Below, in pieces: positions 8,950-17,737 of a DNA stretch of 45,001 nucleotides. This DNA comes from Rudaea sp. (lineage in GTDB: Bacteria > Pseudomonadota > Gammaproteobacteria > Xanthomonadales > Rhodanobacteraceae), in the NCBI GenBank assembly GCA_035465735.1, contig DATIVQ010000004.1, positions 1 through 45,001 on the forward strand. The letters are read 5' to 3'. Every line of letters begins with the position of its first letter. Position 1 is the stretch's first letter. Below the pieces are notes generated by a model that had not been told where the DNA came from, did not search any database, and worked only from the letters and a program-made list of their open reading frames with translations. Both the position numbers and the translations under genes were made by a program.

Positions 8950-9097
8950 GCGCGCCCAACTCCGGGCGCCGGTCCGGCAACCCGCAGGGGAGGCTGAAAC
9001 GCCTTGCTGTGGAGCACAGACGTATTCATCTGCAGGCTGCCGTCCGGCAATGCATCGGTGGAAGCGCGCAGGGTGACGCTTGCGCCCGGGGATTGCC

Positions 9098-9111
9098 TTG
9101 ATCTGCGTCAA
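9098..9111 (-). promoter_or_regulatory. FNR-type box upstream of CM-ubiT-nadAB
   Basis: TTGAT-CTGC-GTCAA, one mismatch to consensus, in the intergenic region. Confidence 0.8.
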
Positions 9112-9131
9112 CGCACCCGGGCTAGGGACGG

Positions 9132-10226
9132 TCAGCGCGCCACGACGCGGTTTCGTCCGCGCTGCTTGGCCTGGTACAGCGCCTGGTCGGCGGCCTTGAG
9201 CACGTCGCCGACGAGGCGCGTCTGCGCGTCGCGCAGGGCCACGCCGATGCTCACGGTGACGTTGGTTTCCACGTCTTCCCGGCGCTTGACCGCTTGTCCG
9301 CCACGCGGCTTCTGCGGCGCGGAGCGGATACGCACGCGCATCTGCTCCACGCCGCGGCGCGTCTGGTCGCACATGCGCACCGCCTCGCGGCTGCGCGATC
9401 CGGAAAACAGCAGGCAGAACTCTTCGCCGCCGTAGCGGAAGGCGCGGCCACGGCGCTCGCGGCGCAGTTCGCCGGCAACCGCCTGCAACACCTTGTCGCC
9501 GGCGTCGTGACCGTGCGTGTCGTTGAAAGATTTGAAATGATCCACGTCGACCATCGCCAGGGCGTAGTCGCCGGTCAGGCGCGCCAGTGTCTCATCCAGC
9601 GCGCGCCGATTCGGCAACCCGGACAATGCATCGACGAAGGCCATGCGATACGAGGCGTACAACACGGTGAGCAGCCCGCTGGCGCCGGCCAGCGCCAACG
9701 CGCGGCTGGTGTTGTGGGCGTCCATGCCAGGCAGCATCGCGAATCCGGCGAGGCCGAGCACGATTCCGAGGCCCGCTTCCATCGGCACGCCGCTGAGCAC
9801 CCAGCGCAGCAGGCACAGCAACGCCCCGGCGAACGTCAACCCGGCCGCCACAGCGCCGGCTCGCCAGGGCAAGAGGCCCAATGGCAAGGCCGCCCGCAAA
9901 CCCGGCCACAGGTGGTCGGATGCGGCAAGCGTCAGCCACACCGCCACCGCCAGCAATAGCAGCAACGCGAGATTGCGTCGCGCCAGCAGGCCGCGCTCGG
10001 GCAAGGCGACGGCAGCCACCAGCAACCATGGCGCGAACATGCGCGCCGCGTCGAGGCCACGTTCGCCCGGGTCGGCATGACCGGCACCCGCCAGCGCCAG
10101 CGCGGCGACGGTGAGTACGGCGAGCACGAGCACGGCGCGGTTGCGCCGGAATCCCAGCGCCAGCAGCAAAGCCGCGCCATTCAACAACGGCGCTGCCCAT
10201 GCCGGCCAGTATGCGATTGCGATCAC
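9132..10226 (-). CDS. Membrane-anchored diguanylate cyclase (GGEEF)
   Basis: Several hydrophobic helices followed by DALSGLPNRR, DVDHFKSFNDTHGHDAGD, RYGGEEF, VTVSIGVA and ADQALYQAKQRGRNRV. Start uncertain. Confidence 0.93.
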   Translation of the reverse strand: MIAIAYWPAWAAPLLNGAALLLALGFRRNRAVLVLAVLTVAALALAGAGHADPGERGLDAARMFAPWLLVAAVALPERGLLARRNLALLLLLAVAVWLTLAASDHLWPGLRAALPLGLLPWRAGAVAAGLTFAGALLCLLRWVLSGVPMEAGLGIVLGLAGFAMLPGMDAHNTSRALALAGASGLLTVLYASYRMAFVDALSGLPNRRALDETLARLTGDYALAMVDVDHFKSFNDTHGHDAGDKVLQAVAGELRRERRGRAFRYGGEEFCLLFSGSRSREAVRMCDQTRRGVEQMRVRIRSAPQKPRGGQAVKRREDVETNVTVSIGVALRDAQTRLVGDVLKAADQALYQAKQRGRNRVVAR

Positions 10227-10381
10227 TGCGCGATCACCATGAAGCGTTCCCGATCAATCCCGCTCAAACACCTAGGATACCGTGTGCCATGGAACCCGCC
10301 ACAGGTTGCGCGAAGCCCGCGCGGGCGGTTGCGACGTGGATCACGCCATACCGGTCAGGCACCAGAAGATATCGACTGCCA

Positions 10382-10410
10382 TTGTATTTAATTGTTCGTT
10401 TAATTATATT
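10382..10410 (+). promoter_or_regulatory. Sigma70 promoter with overlapping TetR-type operator
   Basis: TTGTAT-N17-TATATT. An imperfect AT-rich palindrome TATTTAATTGTTCGTTTAATTA (10385-10406) spans the spacer. Confidence 0.65.
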
Positions 10411-10416
10411 GTCGCC

Positions 10417-11127
10417 ATGGCGAAATCCTCGCATCCGCGCAAACCGGGCCGTCCACGCGCCGACACGGCCGACCTGCGCGCGCGCCTGCTTGACGCGGCG
10501 GTCGAGGCCTTCGCCGCGCGCGGCATCGGCGCGACTACGTTGCGCGCGATCGCGCAGGCCGCCGGCGTGACCCCGGCCTTGCTGCATTACTACTTCGAGA
10601 GCAAGCGCAAGCTCGTCGAAGTGGTGCTGGCCGAACGCATCGAGCCCTTCGTCGCCGTCTCGGTCGCACCCCTGCTCGAACCGCTGCCGAGCCCGCGCGC
10701 GACCTTGCGGCTGTTCCTGGAAACGCATATGCGCAACCTCGCGGCCAATTCGTGGATGCCGCGGCTGATGGCACGCGAGGTGCTGAGCGAAGGCGGCAGC
10801 CTGCGCGAACACATGCAGGCGAATTTCAGTGCCGTGCTGTCGCCGAAGGTGTTCATGTTGATTGCGGCGGCGCAGCGTCGCGGCGAAATCCGCAACGACC
10901 TGCAACCGATGCTGATCGGCCTGTCGCTGATCAGCCTCGCGGTATTTCCATTCGCCGCCGCCCCGGTCTGGCGCGACGTGGCGAAATCGTTCGTGCGTGG
11001 TGTGCCCGGATCGAATCGACGCACGATCCTTGCGGCGGCGGCGCCGGATACCGAAACCCTGATCGCGCACACGCTCGCCCTGATCGACCGTGCACTGGAG
11101 AACCCGCATGTCCCTACGGCGCATTAG
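10417..11127 (+). CDS. TetR/AcrR family regulator (CecR/YbiH-like)
   Basis: GRPRA...LLDAAVEAFAARGIGATTLRAIAQAAGVTPALLHYYFESKRKL helix-turn-helix; heads the efflux operon. Confidence 0.93.
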   Translation: MAKSSHPRKPGRPRADTADLRARLLDAAVEAFAARGIGATTLRAIAQAAGVTPALLHYYFESKRKLVEVVLAERIEPFVAVSVAPLLEPLPSPRATLRLFLETHMRNLAANSWMPRLMAREVLSEGGSLREHMQANFSAVLSPKVFMLIAAAQRRGEIRNDLQPMLIGLSLISLAVFPFAAAPVWRDVAKSFVRGVPGSNRRTILAAAAPDTETLIAHTLALIDRALENPHVPTAH

Positions 11128-12079
11128 TATACTTTTGGTCTTGTCCGCGATGACCGCACTCTGCGGCTGCGCGCGCGACAGCGGCCCCGCGCCATTGCTC
11201 GGCACGCTGGAATGGGACCGCATCGCGGTTCCGGCCGAGGTCTCCGAGCCGATCACGAGCGTCCTCGTCAACGAAGGCGACAGCGTGCAGGCCGGACAAC
11301 TGCTGCTCACGCTCGATCCGCGCCGCACGCAGGCGCAGTTCGACGCCGCGCAGGCGGACGTGCAGCGTCTGACCGCCGCGCTCGACGAACTGCGCCATGG
11401 CGCGCGCATCGAAACGATCGACGCCGCGCGTGCAGCGCTTGCACGGGCACAGACCACCGCGGCGAACGCGCGCATCGCGCGCGGCCGCGCCGCCGACATC
11501 CGCCGCCGCGGCTTGAACAGCCAGGCCGACCTCGACAACGCCAACACGACGCTGCGCCAGGCCGACGCAGACGCCGCCGCCGCCAAGGCCAATCTCGCCG
11601 AATTGCTCAATGGCACGCGCCCGGAGGACCTCGCCCAGGCCGAGGCCGCGCTCGCCCACGCCAAGGCGCAGGCGGCACAGTTGTCGATCACTCTGGATCG
11701 GCTTTCCGTACGTGCCCCGCGCGCGGGGCGTGTCGACGCGCTGCCGTTCCGGCTAGGCGACCGTCCACCAGCCGGCGCGAGCGTGATCAGCCTGCTCGTC
11801 GGCGATGCGCCCTATGCGCAAGTCTTCGTGCCCGAAGCACAGCGCGCGGCGTTGCAGCAGGGCGCGCGCTTTTCCGTCCGCGTGGACGGCGTGACGCAAC
11901 CGTTCACGGCCACGCTCAAGCGCATCCGCAGCGAGGCGAGCTTCACCCCGTACTACGCGCTGTCGGGCGACGATGCGGCGCGGCTCACCTACCGCGCGGA
12001 TCTGTTTCTGGACGGCGCGGCCGCGCGCAAGCTGCCGGCCGGCGTGCCGTGTCAGGCCACACCCATCGCGGTGCCGTAA
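11108..12079 (+). CDS. HlyD-family periplasmic adaptor (YbhG-like), probable lipoprotein
   Basis: LCGC lipobox-like signal, VLVNEGDSVQAGQLLLTLD lipoyl-like half, long Ala-rich coiled coil, VRAPRAGRV. Confidence 0.9.
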   Translation: MSLRRISILLVLSAMTALCGCARDSGPAPLLGTLEWDRIAVPAEVSEPITSVLVNEGDSVQAGQLLLTLDPRRTQAQFDAAQADVQRLTAALDELRHGARIETIDAARAALARAQTTAANARIARGRAADIRRRGLNSQADLDNANTTLRQADADAAAAKANLAELLNGTRPEDLAQAEAALAHAKAQAAQLSITLDRLSVRAPRAGRVDALPFRLGDRPPAGASVISLLVGDAPYAQVFVPEAQRAALQQGARFSVRVDGVTQPFTATLKRIRSEASFTPYYALSGDDAARLTYRADLFLDGAAARKLPAGVPCQATPIAVP

Positions 12080-12080
12080 C

Positions 12081-13082
12081 ATGCCGTCGGCGCCCTCCGC
12101 CCTTCCGGCCTTTGGCCACCTTCCCCTGCAAGCCGGGGAAGGAAAGACCGCCGCCATTGTCGCGCGTGGCCTGACGCGCACGTTCGGCAAGGTGACGGCG
12201 GTGGATCACATCAACCTCACCGTCGCGCGCGCGCAGGTGTACGGCTTCCTTGGCCCGAACGGTTCCGGCAAATCGACGACGATTCGCATGTTGTGCGGAC
12301 TGCTGCTGCCGAGCGCGGGCACGATCGACGTGCTTGGCTACAAGATTCCGCAACAAGCAGAAGCACTCAAGCGCCGCATCGGCTACATGACGCAGAAGTT
12401 CTCGCTGTATGACGACCTGACAGTGCGCGAGAACCTTGAATTCGTCGCCGCCGTGCACGAACTGGATCGCGCACAGTCCGGCACGCGCGTTGCCGAACTG
12501 CTCGATTTGTACTGGCTCGGCGATCAGCGCGATCAGCTCGCCGGCACGCTATCCGGCGGCCAGAAGCAACGCCTCGCGCTTGCTGCCGCCGTATTGCACA
12601 AGCCCGAACTGCTCCTGCTCGACGAGCCGACCAGCGCGGTAGACCCGCAATCGCGGCGCGAATTCTGGGATTCGCTGTTCGCGCTCACCGACGCGGGCAC
12701 CACGATTCTCGTTTCCACGCATTACATGGACGAGGCCGAGCGCTGCCACCGCCTCGCGATCCTCGACCGTGGCCACCTCGTCGCCGACGGTACGCCGCAT
12801 GAACTCGAAGACGCCCTGCCCGGCCAGGTGCTGCTGATCGATTGCGCCAATCCGCGCGCCGCGCAGGACGCGCTGGCGCATCTGCCGGGAATTTCGGCAA
12901 CGGCGCAGATCGGTGCCAGTTTGCGCGTACTCGGCGACGACAGTGCCGATTTGCAGTCGCGCATCGTTGCGAACCTGCGCACGGCTGGCATCGATGCCCG
13001 CGTGGAGACGACACGGCCGAACCTGGAAGACGTCTTCGTCGCGGCCACGCGTGGCGCCACGTCCGCGGATCGGCACGCATGA
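12081..13082 (+). CDS. ABC transporter ATP-binding protein
   Basis: GPNGSGKST Walker A, LSGGQKQRL signature, LLLDEPT Walker B, STHYMDEAE. Confidence 0.95.
   Translation: MPSAPSALPAFGHLPLQAGEGKTAAIVARGLTRTFGKVTAVDHINLTVARAQVYGFLGPNGSGKSTTIRMLCGLLLPSAGTIDVLGYKIPQQAEALKRRIGYMTQKFSLYDDLTVRENLEFVAAVHELDRAQSGTRVAELLDLYWLGDQRDQLAGTLSGGQKQRLALAAAVLHKPELLLLDEPTSAVDPQSRREFWDSLFALTDAGTTILVSTHYMDEAERCHRLAILDRGHLVADGTPHELEDALPGQVLLIDCANPRAAQDALAHLPGISATAQIGASLRVLGDDSADLQSRIVANLRTAGIDARVETTRPNLEDVFVAATRGATSADRHA
12093..12142. repeat. Small double-hairpin palindromic element, in frame in the ATPase N-terminus
   Basis: GGCC-TTT-GGCC followed by CCTTCCCC-TGCAAGCC-GGGGAAGG. Resembles the dispersed 'CCTTCGGGCACCTTCTCCCGCAAGCGGGAGAAGG'-type repeats of high-GC proteobacteria. 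Confidence 0.6.
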
Positions 13083-14191
13083 ACCTGCGCCGGCTCTTCG
13101 CCATCGTCGTCAAGGAGCTGCGCCAGCTGCGCCGCGACAAGCTCACGTTCGCCATGATCGTCGGCATTCCGACCATGCAACTGCTGCTGTTCGGCTACGC
13201 GATCAACATGGACATCCGTCATCTTCCGGCCGCGATACTCGATCAGGCGCACACCGCGCAGTCGCGCCAGATCGTCGCCGCGATCGCGCAGACGCAGGTA
13301 CTGGATTTCGACTATCGCCTGCGCACGCCCCAGGATCTGGATGAGCTGCTGCGCCAGGGCCGCATCAGCGCGGCCGTCGTGGTGCCGCCGGATTTCGAGC
13401 GCCGCCTTATTCAAGCAGGTACGGACGAGCGCGACCGGCCGCCGCTGCAGATCGTCGTCGACGGCTCGGATCAAACCGTGCAGCAGGCCGTGCGCCAGCT
13501 CGCCGCGCTGCCGCTCAAGCCGCTGCTCGATCCAACCGCGTCGGCACCGCCGGCCAATGTGGAAATCGTGAATTTCTACAATCCCAGCCGGCGCGCGCCG
13601 GTCAACACGGTACCGGGATTGATCGGCGTCATCCTGACCATGACCATGGTGCTGTTCACGGCGATGGCGCTGGTGCGCGAGCGCGAACGCGGCAACCTGG
13701 AATTCCTGATCGCGACGCCGGTATCACCAACGGAGCTGACCGTTGGCAAGGTGCTGCCCTTCGTCGGCATCGGACTCGTCCAGGTCACGCTCGTGCTGCT
13801 GCTGGGCGTGGCGATCTTCCGCGTGCCGATCCACGGCCGCCTGATCGACGTCTACGTCGCCTCGCTGGTGTTCATCGTCGCCTCGCTCGCGCTCGGCGTT
13901 TTCCTGTCGACGTTGGCGAAAAGCCAGTTCCAGGCCATGCAACTCGCCTTTTTCACTTTCCTGCCGCAAATCCTGCTGTCCGGCTTCATGTTTCCCTACG
14001 CCGGCATGCCGAAACCGGCACAGTGGCTCGCCGAGATTTTCCCGATGACGCATTTCATGCGCCTGATCCGCGGCATCTTGCTGCGCGCGGCGACGCTCGC
14101 CGACCTGTGGCCGGACCTGGCGGCGCTCGGCGTCTTCATCGTCGTGATGCTGGGCATCGCGATCGCGCGTACGCGCAAGCGGCTGGATTGA
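13079..14191 (+). CDS. ABC-2 type permease (YbhS/YbhR-like)
   Basis: KELRQLRRD, LLFGYAIN, VPGLIGVIL, RERERGNLEFLIATP, LLSGFMFP; ATGA overlap with the ATPase. Confidence 0.93.
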   Translation: MNLRRLFAIVVKELRQLRRDKLTFAMIVGIPTMQLLLFGYAINMDIRHLPAAILDQAHTAQSRQIVAAIAQTQVLDFDYRLRTPQDLDELLRQGRISAAVVVPPDFERRLIQAGTDERDRPPLQIVVDGSDQTVQQAVRQLAALPLKPLLDPTASAPPANVEIVNFYNPSRRAPVNTVPGLIGVILTMTMVLFTAMALVRERERGNLEFLIATPVSPTELTVGKVLPFVGIGLVQVTLVLLLGVAIFRVPIHGRLIDVYVASLVFIVASLALGVFLSTLAKSQFQAMQLAFFTFLPQILLSGFMFPYAGMPKPAQWLAEIFPMTHFMRLIRGILLRAATLADLWPDLAALGVFIVVMLGIAIARTRKRLD

Positions 14192-14208
14192 GCCAATCCG
14201 GCCGGACG

Positions 14209-14237
14209 TGGTCAGGTCATTGGCAACCCGATAGAAT
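14209..14237 (+). promoter_or_regulatory. Putative sigma70 promoter
   Basis: TGGTCA-N17-TAGAAT, 9 nt before the ATG at 14247. Confidence 0.45.
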
Positions 14238-14246
14238 CCTTGCGCC

Positions 14247-14918
14247 ATGACGCCCAATCCAGCCAGCGGGCCCGCTCCGGAAGTTGGCGAAGCCGTCGTA
14301 TTCGTCGTCGACGACGATGCCGGGATCCGATCCGCGCTGCGCCGGCTGCTCAAACTGCACGGGTTGACGGTCGAGCTGTATGCGTCGGGTGGCGAATTTC
14401 TCGATAGCGCCAATCTACGCCGGTCCGGCTGCCTGCTGCTGGACGTACGCATGCCCGGGATGAACGGGCTGGAAGTGCAGGCCCGGCTCAACGAGCGCAG
14501 GATCGCGCTGCCGGTGATCTTTCTCACCGGTGCCTCCGACATTCCGATGGCGGTGGCGGCGATGCGCCAAGGCGCCGTGGATTTCATTGAAAAACCCTTC
14601 GACAACCGCCATCTGCTCACGCGCGTACGCCAGGCGCTGGATCAAGCGCGTTCGCGAATTCAGCGCAATGCTGACCGCGATGCCGTACTCGACCGCTGGA
14701 ACAGTCTGACGCCACGCGAACGCCAGGTGCTCGAACTCGTCACCGTCGGCAAGACCGCAAAGGAAATTGCGCGCGCGCTTGGCGCCAGCCACCGCACCAT
14801 CGAGATCCATCGAGGGCACCTGATGGAGAAAATGGGCGCGTCCACCCTGGCAGAACTGGTGCGCATGCGCCTGCTTGCGGATGACGAAGGCGTCGACCCC
14901 GCACCGACGACTACGTAA
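14247..14918 (+). CDS. FixJ-family response regulator (REC + LuxR HTH)
   Basis: VFVVDDD, LLDVRMPGMNG, VIFLTG, DFIEKP, LTPRERQVL, TIEIHRGHLMEK. Confidence 0.93.
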   Translation: MTPNPASGPAPEVGEAVVFVVDDDAGIRSALRRLLKLHGLTVELYASGGEFLDSANLRRSGCLLLDVRMPGMNGLEVQARLNERRIALPVIFLTGASDIPMAVAAMRQGAVDFIEKPFDNRHLLTRVRQALDQARSRIQRNADRDAVLDRWNSLTPRERQVLELVTVGKTAKEIARALGASHRTIEIHRGHLMEKMGASTLAELVRMRLLADDEGVDPAPTTT

Positions 14919-15057
14919 TCGTACGGATTACCGCGCGGCGAACTCCGGCCTAGCATTCATGGCGCCCTGTACGGGTGTCGTCCCGATCGGAATCGGGACC
15001 GCAAGGACCGATTGCGCCGCCATGGACCCGTTGCGCGGCACGTTTCCGGAGACTGCC

Positions 15058-16320
15058 GTGAATCGCTCGCTCGCACCGAATTTTGCCATCGCCCTGACAC
15101 TCGCCGCGCTCGCCCCGATGGGCGCCGACGCCAAATCCATGATGCGTGGCCAGCGCCTGACCGCGCCGGAGGCGTACGCGACCAGTTTCGCGCAAACCAC
15201 GCCAGCCGTGAGCGGCGACTGGATTGCCGTGTTCGGCCGCCTGAGCGACGCGGCCGGCGATGGGCGCGTCTACGTATTCCATCGGCAAGCAGGCAACTGG
15301 TCCCTGTATCAGGAACTTGCGCCGCCGGATGGAACCGCAGGCCAGGACGTGGTGGCGTTCGCCGGCAATACGCTCATCGTCGGTTCGCCGAATGCGTGGG
15401 ATGCGCAGGCCAGCGCCAGCACCGGCGCGGTGTCGCTCTACACGCTGCAAAACAGCCAGTGGACGTTCAGCCAGGCCATCCACAGCTACACCGGCTTCAT
15501 GGGAACCGGCACCGGATTCGGCAGCTCGCTAGCCGTGGATGGACCGATGTTGTTCGTCGGGTTCCCCGGCTACGTCAATGCCGGCGGTCTGCAGGTTGGC
15601 GATGTGGAGGCCTATTACCTCTCCTCGTTTCCCGCCGCTTACGTCGGCCAGATCGTACCCAAGGACCCAGTGGTGTCGTCCAACTTCGGCTCCAGCGTGG
15701 CGGCGGCCAAGGGGCTGCTTGCGGTCGGCGCGGACAACCTCGGCCTGGCCGGAGTCGGCGAGAGCGCCGGGGCGATCTATACCTTCAGCAAGAGCATCAA
15801 CGGCTGGGCGCAGGCCGCCATACTCACGGCGCCGACGGCCAATGCCTACGATTACTTCCCCGGCGCCCTGGTATTCGATGGCTCCCGGATCGTCGCCGGA
15901 GACGGGAATTTTCAGAGTAACGTCAAGGGTGGCCCGTACGGCACCGCCGTCTCGTACATGTATTCCAGCGGTGCCTTTTCCCTCGAGACCGAGCTTTCCA
16001 ACGATGCCGAATTCGGCAACATGTTCGGCACCTCGATAACCTCGAACAAGGGCCTTTCGCTGGTCGGCGCCGTGTTCGCCGGAAGCGCCGGCGAAGTGAA
16101 CGCCTACCAGCACGTGAACGGCGAATGGCAATCGGCCGGCATCCTGGGTACCGAAGGCCTGCAGGACGGCGACGGCTTCGGCGTCAGCATGGCGACCGAC
16201 GGCACCACGCTCGCGGTCGGATCAATCGAAGCCTTTCGTTCTCCCGCCAGTGCCGGTGCGCTTTACGTCTTTTCATATCCGCCCACCGACCGTCTGTTCA
16301 GCGACGGACTCGATGACTGA
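15058..16320 (+). CDS. Secreted FG-GAP-like repeat (beta-propeller) protein with C-terminal D-x-L-F-x-D-G motif
   Basis: GGAG RBS and GTG start; signal peptide ending ADA; repeated FGSSLA/FGSSVA/FGTSI/FGVSMA...VG...GA(V/I/L)Y units; ends DRLFSDGLDD. Confidence 0.78.
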   Translation: MNRSLAPNFAIALTLAALAPMGADAKSMMRGQRLTAPEAYATSFAQTTPAVSGDWIAVFGRLSDAAGDGRVYVFHRQAGNWSLYQELAPPDGTAGQDVVAFAGNTLIVGSPNAWDAQASASTGAVSLYTLQNSQWTFSQAIHSYTGFMGTGTGFGSSLAVDGPMLFVGFPGYVNAGGLQVGDVEAYYLSSFPAAYVGQIVPKDPVVSSNFGSSVAAAKGLLAVGADNLGLAGVGESAGAIYTFSKSINGWAQAAILTAPTANAYDYFPGALVFDGSRIVAGDGNFQSNVKGGPYGTAVSYMYSSGAFSLETELSNDAEFGNMFGTSITSNKGLSLVGAVFAGSAGEVNAYQHVNGEWQSAGILGTEGLQDGDGFGVSMATDGTTLAVGSIEAFRSPASAGALYVFSYPPTDRLFSDGLDD

Positions 16321-16447
16321 GGCGGCGGCATGGGGCAGCAGCGCGGCGTGCTCGTGCCCCGGACCCGACATCGCACTAACGCCGGCCCTAGGATAGACTG
16401 AAGACGAAGATGCGGCTGGCGCCGCCATTGCGGTCGGGCCAGCGGCG

Positions 16448-17671
16448 ATGGCGTTTTCGCCCGGTCTGGATGATGGCATGCTTGAGACGCAGCGGATTCT
16501 GGTATACGAGAACTTCCTGCTATGCGCGGGCGCAGGTGCCGGCGCGACGCTAGATGCCTCCGCCGTGCCATCACTGTCCTCGCGGCTTCGCGCGATGCTG
16601 GCCGGTTTGGGCCTTGACGAACCCGTCGCGGGCGCCGAATGCCACGGCGAATTCAGCACCGATGGCGGCAGCAAATTCCATGTACGCCTTCGCCTGTTGG
16701 CGGCTTCCGAACTGGACGCCGTTCGATATATCGCGCAGATCGATCCGGCCACCGGTTCCGGGGTCGGCCACGACCGGGAACTGGATCGGAGCAACGGGAC
16801 CGCTACGCAATTGCGCAGCGTCGAGGAGAAGCTCCTACAGGCGGACAAAATGGCATCAATCGGCCAGCTTGCCGCCGGCATCGCCCACGAGATCAACAAT
16901 CCGATCGGCTACATCCATTCGAATCTGGACACGTTGGGGGAATACGTCGGCAACTTGCTGCAACTCATGATGGCCTACGACGGACTGCTGCGCGATGCCA
17001 TACCTGACAGCGACGAAAGCCGTGCCCGCATCAACGACATCCGGCAGAAATTCGATTTCGACTTCCTGATCAACGATCTGCCGATGCTCTTGTCCGAATC
17101 CCGCGAAGGCATCGAGCGGGTAAGAAAGATCGTGGAGGACCTGCGCGATTTTTCCCGCGCCGGCTATGCCGAGGATTGGACCATGGCCGACATCCACCGC
17201 GGTCTGGACAGCACATTGAACATCGTCTGGAACGACTTGAAGTACAAATGCGAGGTGCGCCGGGAATACGGCGATATCCCGCTGATCGAATGCCGGCCGT
17301 CGCAATTGAATCAGGTGTTCCTCAACATATTGGTCAATGCCGGACAGGCGATTGATGCGAAAGGCACGATCACGATCGTCACCGGCTGCGACGAAGACAC
17401 GGTGTTCGTCGAGATAACGGACAACGGAAAAGGCATTGCCCCGGAGGACGTGTCCCGGATTTTCGATCCGTTTTTCACCACCAAACCGGTCGGACAAGGC
17501 ACCGGCCTGGGTTTGTCGTTGTCCTACAACATCGTGCGCAAGCACGGCGGGCACATCGACGTCCGCAGCGCACCCGGCGCCGGCGCGACGTTTCGCATCG
17601 TATTGCCGTCACGACAACTAAACCGCGGCGGTGGCGACGCTGCGACGGATTCCGCCAGCGTCCGCACATGA
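16448..17671 (+). CDS. Cytoplasmic sensor histidine kinase (NtrB/C4-dicarboxylate-like core)
   Basis: DKMASIGQLAAGIAHEINNPIG H-box, QVFLNILVNA, DNGKGI, FDPFFTTK, GTGLGL. N-terminal ~110 aa unrecognised; start uncertain. Confidence 0.9.
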   Translation: MAFSPGLDDGMLETQRILVYENFLLCAGAGAGATLDASAVPSLSSRLRAMLAGLGLDEPVAGAECHGEFSTDGGSKFHVRLRLLAASELDAVRYIAQIDPATGSGVGHDRELDRSNGTATQLRSVEEKLLQADKMASIGQLAAGIAHEINNPIGYIHSNLDTLGEYVGNLLQLMMAYDGLLRDAIPDSDESRARINDIRQKFDFDFLINDLPMLLSESREGIERVRKIVEDLRDFSRAGYAEDWTMADIHRGLDSTLNIVWNDLKYKCEVRREYGDIPLIECRPSQLNQVFLNILVNAGQAIDAKGTITIVTGCDEDTVFVEITDNGKGIAPEDVSRIFDPFFTTKPVGQGTGLGLSLSYNIVRKHGGHIDVRSAPGAGATFRIVLPSRQLNRGGGDAATDSASVRT

Positions 17672-17737
17672 CGGATCCCGCGGCCACTGCGAGACATCGC
17701 GAGTCGCGGCGCAAGGCGACAGCGGAGGTCGGCGCAA

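Noticed and set aside
8950-9372. N-terminal extension of the 427-aa ORF 8089-9372
   Set aside because: It overlaps the diguanylate cyclase and the FNR promoter; homology begins at ATG 8949.
10215-10245. GTGATCGC direct repeat at the cyclase start suggesting an 11-nt duplication or frameshift
   Set aside because: The GTG start gives a plausible protein, and the repeat is too short to interpret without homologue alignment.
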